DNA of 64,000 nucleotides from Eledone cirrhosa (lineage: Eukaryota): contig OZ024740.1 of NCBI GenBank assembly GCA_964016885.1, positions 275,714,001-275,778,000 on the forward strand, in the 5' to 3' direction. The notes beneath the pieces are model-generated. The model was not told the origin of the DNA and searched no databases. It worked only from the letters and a program-made list of their open reading frames with translations. A program made the translations under genes and the position numbers. This document shows, piece after piece, positions 13,050-26,909 of the stretch (its first letter is position 1; each line of letters begins with the position of its first letter).

Positions 13050-14218
13050 TAAATATGCATATATACACATGTATACATATATGATAAAGTTTAACGGTGA
13101 GGGGCCTTATGGTTTTCTCTTTGTGATTTCAGTCTAAAAACTTATTTCTATGAACTTAAAGCATTCATAAAACTATGTAGCATACATACTAAATTGGTTG
13201 ACTGCCAAATTTTTATGTACATCAGCAACAAAATATTACAGGCTTTAAACTAATCTTGGAAGACTGGATTCAAGGCTTGTGTGACATGGCAGAACAAAAT
13301 TTTCTTTCATTTGATTGTTTGAAAACTGGATACATACAAAAATATTAAATGGAATAATAAATTTTGAATAGATTTGAACGTTCCATGCTGTATTCACCTT
13401 GAAAATAGATGTGAGTAAATATTCCTTTTTATATAAATACAATACAAAATACTAGGTAATACTTGGACCCCGTACTGCCGAACTCCCCACAAGATTGGAA
13501 AGTCAACAGCCTATCTGAGGAAAGAGCCCCATGAGGTGGAGTGGCTGTTGCAACAGGTGTCGCTGGTTATTGTCCACGGGAATTTTTTTGGTGGTCTTAT
13601 CCATTGGGGCAGCCCCAATACTGCCATACCCTAAGCCTAGAGCCAATCACCCTCCCCCTTGCACCTCCCATTATTTTGTGACCCTAAAGCTCTTTCTTTT
13701 CCTTCCCTTTACCATTTTCATAACCACAAAAGACACTTGAATATTTTACAATCAATCTAGATTACAATACTAAGTTGTAACTGAATTTGAACTGTCATAC
13801 TATGTTTTACATCGAACTAAAAATAATTACTTTCAACCTCCATTACAGTTTTAAAAAAAAAAACAGAGCAAAAGTAAACTATTCCATGAGATGGAAAATG
13901 ATATGTGAATATTACAAAATAGACTATATAATATATATGATATTTATATATAAACTATATATATGATATTTATATATAAACTACATAATATATATGTATA
14001 TAATATATATATGTGTATATACATACATATATATATATATATATACTCATTTTATATATAATTATTTTGCATGCTAGCATGGGTTGCATGCATTCTATAT
14101 ATATATATATATATATGATAATGGATTGATAGATTGATAGAGAAACCTAATGATACATAACGATTATAAACATTAATCTACATGGGCAAAGACATGATAT
14201 GAATTCATACATTCTTTC

Positions 14219-14282
<64 letters not shown>

Positions 14283-14566
14283 TCACTGTTTAACATCATA
14301 TATATGTACAATATTAGGTGAAACATGTACGCACATTCACACACACACACACATACATATGTATAAAGTCATTGATGTGGTTAGGGAGATATGTGATTAG
14401 AGTACTATAAATTACAACTAAATATGAAATCTATTCAACTAGAAAGATGTACGATGGTAAATAAATATAACACTTACATATACAAATATAATGCTCATAC
14501 AGATAGACATCTGTGTGCGAAACTATATGTATATATATATAAATAAATAAATATATATCCATTCAT

Positions 14567-14616
<50 letters not shown>

Positions 14617-14653
14617 AAATAAATATATATCCATTCATACACACACACACACT

Positions 14654-14700
<47 letters not shown>

Positions 14701-14900
14701 CATCATCATCATCATCATCATTGTTTAACATCTATTTTCCATGCTTGCATCGGTTAGACGGGCTGTTGTCTGCTGAAGCTAAACCAGTCAGGTGAACACG
14801 TCCTGCTCATATGATCTGTTTTGGTTTGGTTTCTATGGCTGGATGCCCTTCCTAATACCACCCTCTTTACTGAGTACACTGTATCTATGTATATATGTAT

Positions 14901-14951
<51 letters not shown>

Positions 14952-14954
<3 letters not shown>

Positions 14955-15841
14955 GGAGTGGATGACATCTGTTCGCAAGATTACTATCTAGGAAAAAATA
15001 ACACAGTAGTTTTATTTTTTAAGATTTATTTATAAAACTTGGGTCAGTTTGTCTTCATGACTTGTTCTTTCGATCTCACTCGATAAACCCGCCATTGGCT
15101 TTGATGACGGCCTCAACGCGGCCTCGGAACTGGCTACAGTCCTTCGTCACTGTCCCCCGACTTAGGCCCCTAAAGGCACTTGTGATCCTGGCCTTCAGAT
15201 CGTCTTTCATATTGCAGCTAGATCTATTGGTGTTTCGTTCCACTGCGCCCAACACAAATAAGTTGAGGGGTTGCAGTCAGGCGAGCTGGGAGGCCAGATG
15301 TCAGGTCAAGTGTGGTAAATGAAGTTCTCTGACAGCCAGGCTTGGGTCTTTCGGCTGGTATGGCAGGGCACTGAGTCTTTCTGCCATATGTACGGCCTAC
15401 CTGCAGCTACCTGATTGATCCAGGGCTTTACTAGCTCGCTCAGAACGCGGATGTAGCCATCGGTGTTCAGCTTGAGGCCCTCAGGGAAGAAGTGAGGTGG
15501 CATAACGTCACCTTGACTGCTGACGACACCTAAGACCAATGTTGTCGCTGGAAACTTTGTCTGTATGACTCTGGGCACGTCTTTGGATGAGACAGTGAGC
15601 CACCTGTTGTTCTGGGAGTTGATCTTCTGGTCTTATTTGTCCTCCTGGCGCGGATTCCAAGAAGAACTCCGTGTCTCTTCCACAAATTTGGAGGTTCAAA
15701 TTATTCTTAATCAATTATTCTGAAAATAAATAATGGAAATATAGTCACTGTTTTTATGAAGACAAGAGTGACAACGGAAGTAAAAAAAAATTGCATAAAA
15801 TTAGCAGTTGAAAATTGCGAACAAATATCGTCCGCACCCTG
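14952..15841 (-). mobile_element. Internally deleted Tc1/mariner (maT/DD37D-like) DNA transposon
   Basis: 27-bp TIRs cagggagtggatgacatctgttcgcaa / cagggtgcggacgatatttgttcgcaa inside (TA)n; translation TKFPATTLVLGVVSSQGDVMPPHFF...RPYIWQKDSVPCHTSRKTQAWLSENF, then frameshifted WPPSSPDCNP. Confidence 0.88.
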
Positions 15842-15856
15842 TATATATATATATAT

Positions 15857-16354
15857 GGTGGGTGCCAACTCGTTTTCGAGTACGGCCACTACTTTATATC
15901 CATGTAGGAGAACCCCTACCGATGCACTGAACAAGTGTGGCTTTTTAGTCCAACCAGCGACTTGAAAACTCTGGTACAAACACGACACTTGTGACAATTA
16001 TTGACACCTAGTGCTGGGCCCATGGTACCATGTGACCCAAAGTGTCATGTGAGATCACTACTCGACCTGCATACCCTTCCACAAACATTACATGTCATTG
16101 TCTGATGAACACTTATAGCTGCACAGGTGCCTGCTTCCCTGTTCTTGTGCACTCTCAGGTAACTCTTTAGACCTGCGGTGCTCAGACAAACCCTATTACA
16201 GGTCTCACATGTCAGGTCAGGCCGTCTGTCAGTGCCTTCGGGAAGGCCAACATGGATTCCTTTCCGGACATCTCTTTTTAGTGTCGCGTGCCTTCTTCTT
16301 GTTTCCTCAAATAGACTCTTGCCACTAGCCCCTGCTTTCCTCCAATGCGATTCA
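15857..16354 (-). mobile_element. BovB/RTE-like LINE 3' end with C2H2-like zinc fingers
   Basis: HWRKAGASGKSLFEETRRRHATLKRDVRK, CETCNRVCLSTAGLKSYLRVH, CNVCGRVCRS; tail runs into (AT)n. Confidence 0.8.
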
Positions 16355-16652
16355 GACAACTGCAGGAAAAGTGTGTTTAGCTGAACGTGGATCTCTACCA
16401 GGTGTTTGTTGATCTGACAAAGGCGTTTGACAACAGAAAGGCTTTATGGGATATCTTGAGGAAGCTGGGGTGCCCTGAGAAGTTTGTTTCAATTTTGCAT
16501 TTGTTTCATGATGACATGAAGGCATGGGTAAATGTTGGTGGAAAGCTCTCTGAGCTGGTGACGGTCGAGAATGGAGTCAGACAGGGTGACATTCCAGCTC
16601 CAACGTTCTTTGCTTTGTCTTCGAACAGGCCTTCCGGAACTGCAATCGTGGT
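16352..16652 (+). pseudogene. Inverted RT segment of the same LINE
   Basis: RQLQEKCV*LNVDLYQVFVDLTKAFD...LRKLGCPEKF...ENGVRQGDIPAP (RT motifs 3-4). Confidence 0.85.
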
Positions 16653-16656
16653 ATAT

Positions 16657-16962
16657 CATCATTATCATCATAATCATCATCATCATTTTACGTCCGCTTT
16701 TCCCCGCTTGCAAGGGTGGGACGGGAACTGATTCTGGCTTGATTTCTACAGCTGGATGCCCTTCCTAACACCAACCTCATTTACAGTGAGTGCTGGGCGC
16801 TTTTTTTTTCCATGGCGCCTACACGTCCACTTTACAGTGTGGGCTGGGTGCTTTTTTGCTGTGGCACTTCCACGACCACTTTGCAGTGGAATGATCTCAT
16901 TTCTAAAGCTGAGTAAACTGGAGCAATGTGAAATAAAGTCTCTTGCTCAAGGAAACAACACA
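16657..16962 (-). mobile_element. CORE-like SINE, 3' part
   Basis: Reverse match to 26990-27249. Confidence 0.8.
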
Positions 16963-17325
16963 TGTAAATGTGCGTAGCTGAGTGGTTAGAGAATTGGATT
17001 CGCAATTGTGTGGTTGTGATTTCAATTCCCAGACAAGGCAATGCATTATGTCCTTGGGCAACACCCTTTATTTCATGTTGCTCCTACTGCCTGGAGTTGC
17101 GACCGACAAATAGTATTAGCAATTGGAAAGACCAATGGAAACATTGTTTCCTCGGTCCGATTTGATGCGCTCCACCCCATTCATTGAGCGAATGAGGTCT
17201 GGGATCTTGTCAATTGATTTTCACTGTATATATATATACATATATATATATATATTGTAGTATAGTTAAAACAAAGCATTGTGAGATATGTGATAAATGA
17301 CTGATAAGTTTTAAAAAAGGTGGTA

Positions 17326-17640
17326 CATCATCATCATCATCGTTTTACATCTGTTCTTCCACGCTAGCATGGGTTAGACGGCTTGTCCTGTTGTGGGCAG
17401 TGTCCAGTTGGCTGACCTTGTCTTGCTCATACAGGAACTGATTCTGGCTTGATTTCTACAGCTGGATGCCCTTCCTAACACCAACCTCATTTACAGTGAG
17501 TGCTGGGTGCTTTTTTCCGTGGCGCCTACATGACCACTTTACAGTGAGTGCTGGGTGCTTTTTTGCCGTGGTACCTCCATGACCACTTTGCAGTGGGAGA
17601 GTGTGGGGGCATATTGTCTATATGCTTCAGCTTCGGCTTG
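17326..17640 (-). mobile_element. RTE 3' UTR fragment (subfamily of 34437-36706)
   Basis: Reverse match to 36400-36700; (CAT)n tail. Confidence 0.8.
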
Positions 17641-17748
17641 TTCCTGGGGGGGGGGGGGGTCTTCTGTACAATGTAGTAGAAATATATAAAAGGAAATGTA
17701 TAAGAAATAAAACAAAACAAAGTATAAGCCCTGAAATATCATGTTAAA

Positions 17749-18228
17749 ATCATCATCATCATCATCATTATTTTATGTCCTCTTTTCCCTGTTTGCAAGG
17801 GTGGGATGGGTCCTATTCAGCACAGCATCTCTCCATTCGTTATGGACCTTCATCATCTCCTCCGTGAGCTTCAGCAATCTGAGGTCAGCTCTCACCACCT
17901 CCGCCCATGATTTTCTTGGTCTTCCTCTATTGCATCTTCCTTCTACTGGGATTTCTTGGCACTTCTTTACCCAGCGGTTATTCTCCATACACAACACATG
18001 TCCATACCAACGCAGTCTTCTCTCTTGCACACTACAGCCTATCCCTCTTATACACAGTTTTTCTCTCAACTCGTCTATGCTTGGTCGTTCACACACATTG
18101 TCATTGCACATCAAATGGAGCATGCTTGCTTCATTTCTCTCCAGACATCACTTATGTTCTACAGTTGCTGCTCATGTCTCACTACCATGCAGCATAGAAC
18201 ATCTCACACAGGCATCATATAACCGGCC
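17749..18228 (-). mobile_element. RTE LINE 3' fragment, third subfamily with a short 3' UTR
   Basis: ELREKLCIRGIGCSVQERRLRWYGHVLCME...GRPRKSW; same family at 60403-60702. Confidence 0.88.
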
Positions 18229-18643
18229 TATATACTGGATAAAACATTACTTTGTTTTGGTTTGTTTTATTTGTCGTGCTTTGCTCTTTACTTATTTCTA
18301 CTCTCTTGTACCGACTTCTTTAAACTTACCAGTCATATATATATATATAGCACCAGCATTATCATCATATATGTCATCATCACCGTTTTGCGTCAATTTT
18401 TCCATGCTAGCATAGATTAGACAAGTTGTCCTGTTGTGGGCAATGCTAGGTCAGATGACCATGTCTTGCTTATACAGAACTGATTTGGGTTTGGTTTCTA
18501 TAGCTGGATGCCCTTCCTAATGCCAACCTCATTTAGAGGGAGTACTGAGTGCTTTTTGTCATGACACCTACACAGCCACTTTACAGTGTGGGCTGGACAC
18601 TCTTTACCAGGTCACCATCACCATATATATATATGTATATATA

Positions 18644-19145
18644 TTTCGTTTCTGAATTTGTTTAGCCAGATTCTTTATCTGAAAACGTGTGTTGAAACCG
18701 ATATTGTTATACTTTGGGAGGGTCATGTTGCCAATAAGAAACACACGCACCAGTTGCTTTCACTTCAATTTATTATAAATTAAATTTATAAATTTAGGAA
18801 TTTATAAATTTCCGGTTGGTTGGTTGGTTCCACAACCAGATGATTGTTTATATATTGTCAAAGTTCTTTCGTCACACATTCTGTGACCTCTTCAGTGACT
18901 GGGGATTCGTTTCTTTGTTTTTGTGGCTCTCCTTTGTTCTGTCCTACGCCATCTTGTTTTTGTGTGTGTTGTATGCTTAGTTTACGCATGTGTTACATCC
19001 GGGTGTCTGTGTGTATTTATATTTGTTTATTTATTTGTTTATTTACATGTTACTGGTTGGTTGTTTGCTCTGTGTGTGTGTGTGTTTTCATTTTGTCCTT
19101 AATTGTAAGTTGTGATGTTGCTGTTCCATTAAGGACAAAATGAAA

Positions 19146-19160
<15 letters not shown>
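18644..19160 (-). mobile_element. Penelope-like pLTR fragment with a hammerhead and a short 5' foldback, in (AT)n
   Basis: Inverted repeat (tg)n-ttttcattttgtccttaat / attaaggacaaaatgaaaa-(ca)n at 19071-19160; hammerhead at 18857-18899. Confidence 0.6.
18857..18899 (-). ncRNA. Minimal hammerhead motif (slightly degenerate)
   Basis: GUCA-CUGAAGA-G-GUCACA-GAAUG-UGUGAC-GAAA-G-AA-C-UU/UGAC. Confidence 0.65.
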
Positions 19161-19195
<35 letters not shown>

Positions 19196-19275
19196 GGTGA
19201 TGGTGACATGGTAAAAAATGCCCAGCCCACACTGTAGAGTGGCCGTGTAGGTGTCATATATATATATCTATATAT

Positions 19276-19453
19276 CAGAGAGTGTGTGGTAAGATACCAG
19301 GTGGACCTTAACCCACCAGAGTACTCGATACTTAGGGTAGTAGAGTGGGTAATATGAAAAGATTCAGAACCCCAATGGCTGAGCTTCAGCCGTTTCAACA
19401 GCTAGATCCGTAGCTGTTGAAATGCCGGAGCTCAGCTGTCAAGGTCCTGAATC

Positions 19454-19462
<9 letters not shown>
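19276..19462. repeat. Short foldback (19352-19462) with a ~75-nt tail shared with 27272-27330, in (AT)n
   Basis: Core tttcaacagcta-gatccg-tagctgttgaaa with extended imperfect arms; tail ataccaggtggacc...ccagagtactcgatact recurs near 27289-27328. Confidence 0.6.
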
Positions 19463-19486
<24 letters not shown>

Positions 19487-19490
<4 letters not shown>

Positions 19491-21975
19491 TCATCATCAT
19501 CATCATCGTTTAACGTTTATATTCCACGCTTGCATGGGTTTGGACGGGAGTTTTCCCACTTGAGGCAAGATTGGTTGTCCTGCTTGTATAGGACTCTCTG
19601 GCGGGTTTTCTACGGCTGGATGCCCTTCCTAACACCAACCACGTTTACAGTGTGGACTGGAAGGTTTTTACCGTGGTACCTACATGGTCACATTACAGCG
19701 TGGACTGTGAGTATTTTTGTCGTGACACCTACACGTCTGGCAGGTTTTCTATGGCTGGGTGCCCTTCCCAACACCAACCACGTTTACAGTGTGGACTGGG
19801 AGGTTTTTACCGTGTTACCTACACGGCCACATTACAGCGTGGACTGTGTGTTTTTTTTGTCGTGACACCTGCATGACCTCATTTGTTTCGGACTGGATGT
19901 TGTGGTACCAACATAACTTCACATTTAAGGGGGGGGGGGGCGGGTAGTGGGACGGGGGTGTATTTTGTTAGAGGTGCCTACTGACTGTAGGTTTCGCTTT
20001 GTACTTAGGCAAGGCGAGTCTTCTGTATGACTGTGTAGCGCCAAAGATCTCGGTCCAGTGACATTGTCTTAGAGAGGTGTAAGTGTGTGAGGTCGGAATT
20101 TATCAAGTCGTCCCAGGTTTTTCTGGGTCTGCCTACTCCGTGGCTACCGTCTAATTTTATCGCCCTGCACTTTTTTATACAGCTGTCATCTTTCATGCGC
20201 ATCACGTGACCGTACCAACGTAGTCTTATTTGGAGTAAACAACATCTCATCCCTCTTATTCCTAATTTCTCCCTTAGTTCGTTTATGCTTTGCCGTTCAC
20301 GTATATTACTATTACACATCCAGCGGAGCATGCAAGCTTTGTTTCTTTCCAGTTTGCGTATATCCTCTGCACACAATGCCCAGGTCTCACTGCCATGTAA
20401 CATTGCTGTTCGTATGCAGGCATCATTCAGGCTGCCTTTCATTTCTAGAGAGAACCCTTTAGCGGCCAATAGTGGTATAAGCTCTCTGAACTTTTTCCAT
20501 CCCGTTCTGACTCTAGCTACTGTACTTTCAGAGCACCCTCCCCCACTGCTGATTTTGTCACCCAGGTAACGGAAGGTGTCCACTATTTCTATAGAACCAT
20601 CTGTGCAATGGAATGAGCTAGTATTTTATGGGCACTTGCTGCTACCTATTGCACCAGAGCACCGGCCACATATAAAATCTATATTCTTAGTTAGCTTACC
20701 TGTGATCCCACTACATCTTTTATGCACCCATACTTTGCATTTGGGACATAAAATGGAGTTTCTGCCTACTCCTTTCCTACACACTGAGCATGGCCATTTC
20801 CCGGATGGGACCGGTGCCCTATTTTCCTTCCTACAAACTAGAACTTTAGTCTTAAACAAGTTAATTTTAAGGCTTTTTGTTTCTAGGCCATGCTTCCATG
20901 TTTGGAATTTCTTCTCTAGTTCAGCCATTGATTCAGCTATGAGCGTTAGATCATCTGATTATAGGAGTTCCCCTGGGCAGCCGGTCTTGAACTCCTCTGT
21001 TATAGCCTGAAGGGCAATAATAAATAGTAGGGGGCTAAGAACAGAGCCCTGGTGAACACCAACTTTTACGCTACACTCTTCACTATATTCGTTGTTAATT
21101 CTAACCTTGCTGACTGTTTCTTTATACATGGCTTGTATAGCTCTCACAAGCCATTCAACAACACCTAGTTTTCTAAGAGCTCACCAGATAATGGAGCGGG
21201 AGACTCTGTCAAAGGCTTTCTCCAAGTCAACAAAAGCTAAGTATAGGGGTTTACTTTTAGCTAGGTACTTCTCCTGTAGTTGTCGTACAATGAAAAGAGC
21301 GTCTGTGGTACTTTTACCTGACACAAACCCGAAATGCATTTCATCTAGATCAATTCGTTCTCTGATTAATTGCGCTATTACTTTTTCTGTGACCTTCATG
21401 ACCTGGTCGATTAATTTAATGCCTCTATCGTTACCCCTATCTAGGGAATCTCCTTTACCCTTGTAGCAGTTAATGATGATGCTGCTACGCCAGTCCTTCG
21501 GAACGGCCCCATTCTGTATGACTTGGTTTACTATCCGGGTGACCATGGTATGTCGCACCGTTCCAGATGCTTTCAGCATTTTAGCAACTATTTCCGAAGG
21601 CCCAGCCGCGTTACCCGTCTTCATATCTTTGATTGCCTTACTTATTATACTACCTTCAACTAGCACTGCTGGTCGCACTATTGGATCGATGTGGGGGAGA
21701 CTGTCTTTCTCCCATTTATTCTCCTCATTTCGTAGCCTTTCGTAGTGACACTTCCGAGCTACCTTCTTATCAGCGTCAGTGATGGCAAGTACACCATCAT
21801 CATTAAGGACACACTTCTCCCCGACAATATCACGGTTTTCCTTGACACATTGCCGCCGAGCAATCCTGAACACCTCACGTTTTTGTTCCTCGCGTTGTAG
21901 AACATGCTTTAACTTTCTTTCCACTGCTTCCCTTCTTGCGAAGTACACTTGTCTCCTAGCTTCCCTCCTGGCCAC
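19487..21975 (-). mobile_element. RTE LINE, 5'-truncated and disrupted (stops, YSDD)
   Basis: ORFs 21181-21975, 20959-21147, 20626-20928 and 20005-20583 together cover RT, PHD and C-terminus; 3' UTR with internal duplications and (GAT)n tail; (AT)n/(AG)n at both ends. Confidence 0.95.
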
Positions 21976-21985
21976 TCTCTCTCTA

Positions 21986-22059
<74 letters not shown>

Positions 22060-22070
22060 GAGAGAGAGAC

Positions 22071-22107
<37 letters not shown>

Positions 22108-24002
22108 AAGGGAGAGGGAGGTAGATAGAAATAGAGGTGTATGGAGAGAAAAATTGTGTGTCTGATAAATGTTAGAATGAAATACCTTATTGCAGAATAT
22201 GATTCATACGTGTAGAAAAATGGCATAGTTATTTGCAATATATATTGACATCATTAACTCTAATATTTACTGACGCAAAAAAAAAAAAGCATATCATGGT
22301 GCAGATTGTGTTGAAATCTTCACATCAATCATCCTGTCTCTTTTAAATAATAAACTAACTAAAAATTGTTGATAAATTAATTAAAATACTATAACATTTA
22401 CACTGATTCTCATATACAACTTTCATAGTTTTAATACACCTGAGGATTGTATCATTTGACACTGGAATATTAACAGATTATCTCTTGACTTCATAAAATT
22501 AAAATTATCATTTCAACAGTCAGCAAGTGCTAAATATAATATAGTCAGTGAATATAAATACATTTTTGTGTTTTAAATCATATTAATTCTGCTTTGAAGT
22601 AAGTTTTGAAGGCCAACTATCTCTTGCCTTATTTTCAAAATGGAGAAAAGATTTGCTTTCATATACAGAATTAATTAGTTCCTTTGCTCCGAGGTGTATT
22701 ATGTAATTATTGATTCATAAAGATCTATAAGAAATAGAAAAAAATAAAACAAAGTGAAAAGTATAATGTGAACAGGCTTATGCTTTTCTCAGTCTGTAAA
22801 TGTGTATGTGCATTTTAATTATTCAATCATTTGAAGTATGATTAACTAGGAATATCATAGTTTTTTACTATTAAACTTATAATAGAGGCTAATAGAGTTG
22901 TTCAACATTTCAAAGCATCCATGCAATGAAATGTGATAATATATAGGAATGAGTACATGAAAAAGATGCTAGGCCTCAGCCTTTCATCCTCACTGGGTTG
23001 AAAGAATAAAGCACCAGTAATGCACTGGGGTTATTGCTGGCTTTGCGCTAAAAGTAGAAATAATTATTAACAATATTAACAGCATATCAGTTGTAGGAGT
23101 TTGCACACAAAATGACTAAGAGGATAAAATATTTGAACAAGACCCTGTATATTCTTAGGCTTTAGTTTGAAATTTTCATAAGGTTTTAGGTGCAGGAATG
23201 TGGTCTTCCTTCTATATTACTTTAGTTCATATAAATGTTAGGAACAGATACCATATCTACTTTAAAAGTTAACTGTAAAAGATCGATGTCTTCTCCAGGT
23301 GTTGATCCATATCTCATTCATTTAATGGCATCAACTAAGTGTTAGTTCTTATGAGACTCAGCTGCTCCTCAGAGATATTTGTGTTTTATTTAACATTGCT
23401 CATGTAATTTACATTGTGGTCGACAAGAGTTGATGAGGGAGCCTGATATACATATTTAATTTGTTCCTTTGCCATAAGGTGTAATTATTGATTTATAAAG
23501 ATGTATGATAAGGAGAAAAATAACATAAAAAATTTGAACATGTGTGAGTGTTTAACTATTTAATAATTTGCAGTATGATTACACCAGACATACCTCAGTA
23601 TTTGAAAAGCTGTTTCACAGTTTTATATTATTAACTTATTAACCCTTTTGATATCAAGACACCAGAAACCACACTTGCTTTTATGTTACATAATTGCCCA
23701 CAATTCTATGTAGCAACTTTATATTAAGTAATTTTCCAAGCATCAGCTTAATGAAAAAGTTAAGCTATGTTAAGCTATTTTTCATTATTTTCAAAATTAA
23801 TTGAAAAATTGGCTCAGCATTTCATTAGAAATAGGTTAGCAAATGTTAAGCCCAATATACTTGTCAAACCTTTAAAATGAACAGTGATATTATATGGGAA
23901 TAAGAACACGGAAAATAAAACTTTTTGGTGAGTTAAGATAGTGATTTTCACCTATGGAATGGAATGTTTACTTCAATAATATATACTTACAATCAAAACC
24001 AG

Positions 24003-24183
24003 CTGTTCGGCAGTATCGGTAGAGGGTCGGACATGCTTTCCAGCATAGTTACGTCCCTTTACGATCTGAGTTCAAATCCGGCTGAGGTTAACTTTACCTT
24101 TCATCCTTACGGGGTCGATAAAATAAAGTACCAGTAATGTACTGGATAATTGCTGGCCTTGTGCCTAAAATAGAAACAATTAT
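24003..24183 (+). mobile_element. tRNA-derived SINE (same family as 7599)
   Basis: Consensus match. Confidence 0.88.
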
Positions 24184-26909
24184 AAACTACATTAACAGTA
24201 TCTCAGCTACACTAGTTTAGAAGTAAAAATCATTAAATGGATAAAACATGTGAGTAGCAGCTTATATATGTCTTGAACTTAAATCAACTGAGATAACATT
24301 TTTTTCTGAGGATTTGGTTGTGGGAGGGGTATTCAATCCAAATTGCTTCAATTCATATACATGTTGAGAATGTATACCAGATCTACATGTCAAGTTAACT
24401 GAAAAAGATAGGTACCCTACCCTGGTGCAGATTTATATTACATTCCTCTAGTGATATGAGCTAATTGCTGGCTGCTATAAGATGTGGGTGGCTAACATAA
24501 ACATATGTATTCTATTTAATGACACTTAAGTAATTTACATCATAATCTACATAATTTAAGATTCATAAAAGATCAAGAGCATAGAAAGGTAAATTGTTTA
24601 AAACTGTAAGTTGCAATGAAGGCTTTAATTCTTTTAGGTGGGAGGGGAGGCTTTATTTGAAAATTAGTGAGATTGATGCAGTTAATATTTACCTTGAACA
24701 GTTACCAAGTCAACAATTGTAGAAATAACAATGATAGGAACAACATTCTGGAGGGATGACATTTTGGGGAAGAAGAACTGGAGACAGTAGTTTGTGTAGA
24801 ATTATGGGTCACAAAATGACAGAGACATACGAGTTAAGAGTGCCTGAATGTAGGGAACATGAGCTCAGCAAGCACCAAAAATAAAATAAAAGAACTCAAA
24901 CAACAAAGGCCGCTTTAGTAACAGTAGAAAAGGCTGAGAAAGAAAACAGCCTGTCTGTAGATCAGACGTTAGTGTGTGTTGACAAATAATTTAATGTCAG
25001 CAATCAGTTGGGTAACCTTTTGGCTGGATTCAGTGTAGGATGAATTACTACAAACTGGATTGCTTAACTCCAACTCTCCAGCTCTCTCTGGTATATCTTG
25101 AATTTGATACTATTAATTTGTTAATCTGCCACCAAAGTGGTGTTGTTGGCAGCACTAAAACACAAAGCTTTATTTACTGCTCCCATGTGTGTTGGTGACA
25201 GTCATATTCACTGAACTATTATTTTTACTTTTAATTATTTTTGGTTTTAGAAGAGTGATGAATTGGCAATGGTAGAGCTTCAGACACCATGCATCATGGC
25301 ATAAAATTACAACCTTTTACATTCTGATTTTCATCCTTTTATCCTTATGGGGCTGATTGATTAATGAACCAGCAACATACTGGGGTCAATTTAATCGACT
25401 TTCCCCTCCCACAAAATTATTGGCTTTGTGCTTAAATCAAAAACCATTATTTTGGGCTTTAGACTTTATATTACACAAATCAGTAAAAACATTGGAAACA
25501 ACATAATTAGTTGTATTATTTCTGGCTGTATTTGGCCAGAATTCTCTTTCTGTTCAAACCAGCCATACCTGACCATTCATACTGATGTTAAGGTATTGTT
25601 CTCAAAATAAATAACATCAAAATCTCATATATTCGATAATATGTGAGATAATTATGTGAGATAAAGCCTTTACTGTGAAAATACATTAGTAAATATGGAG
25701 TAATGTAAATGCTAAAGGGCTAAGGTGGATTTGCAGTATCAGTAGATACTGTGGCATATAGTTACTGTTTACATTCTGAGTTCAAATCTCACTGCAGGGT
25801 TGGTAAAATAAAGTACCAGGGGGCAATTTAATCGACTTTCCCCTCCCCAAAAATTGTTGACCTTGAGCCTAATTCAGAAACCATTATTTCCTGTTTTAAA
25901 CTTTTTTCTAACTTTAGTAAGACATCAATACATGTATGGAATGAAGCAGCAAGACTATGTTTGCTTTCACGGAACTGTAGTGTATATATGCATTGAAACA
26001 AAGAGAAGGAAGGATATGAGAAATAAAAGTAAGAAGATTGGATCTTATGACCATGTGATTGCAAATCTATTATGGAAATAATAACAGAGTTTATTTCTGA
26101 AATAGATTGATCAAATCTGAAAAGCCGACAGAAAAGTATAAAATAAGAACATCTTATTAGTATATTGTTTCATTTGTTTCCACAAATAGCAAATACATAA
26201 ATGATCTGTTAGAAATAACAGCTAAATCTTTCTCAATTCATAGCCTACTGTCATAAAAAAATTGAAGGCTGTTTTGGATAATGTAATCCTGGATAAACTT
26301 TGTCTAAAATAGAATGTCATAGTTACAGCTACAACATATTTGATGATAGGTTTGCACAATCAGAGCTGACATTGGGCTGCACAACTACAATAACAACAAA
26401 AGCACCTCAAGTGTAATGTGTTTATAAGTTTTATTTTTACTTCCAGGCTAAAGCTGACTGTAGTAACAGAGCAACATTGCTCTCACTATTTCAGTTCAAC
26501 TAATATTTTTGACTCTAAAAGGTGATGAATTAGCATAGCTTACAAATTGGCAGAGTCATTTGAACATAGGATAACATACCTTGTTTAATGAAGTGTCATG
26601 ATAAGTGAAACTTGACGTCTTTTTTTTTTAATGGATTTTAGTCTCTATCTAGTATTGAGTACTTTCATAGTAAATATTTTCTGTTATTCTTCACTTAACT
26701 GTAATGTTAACATATATGTATAAATGTATGTATGTGTGTGTGTATAATAACATAAATATGTATATATATATATCCACGACCACTTTGCAGTGGAATGATA
26801 GGGACCCAGTCCCTATCATCTCATTTCTACAGCTGAGTAAACTGGAGCAATGTGAAATAAAGTGTCTTGCTCAAGGAAACAACACATCACCCAGTCTGAA
26901 TATATATAT

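Noticed and set aside
13452-13670. GC-richer island as an exon or ncRNA
   Set aside because: No motif, second copy or fold that I could support
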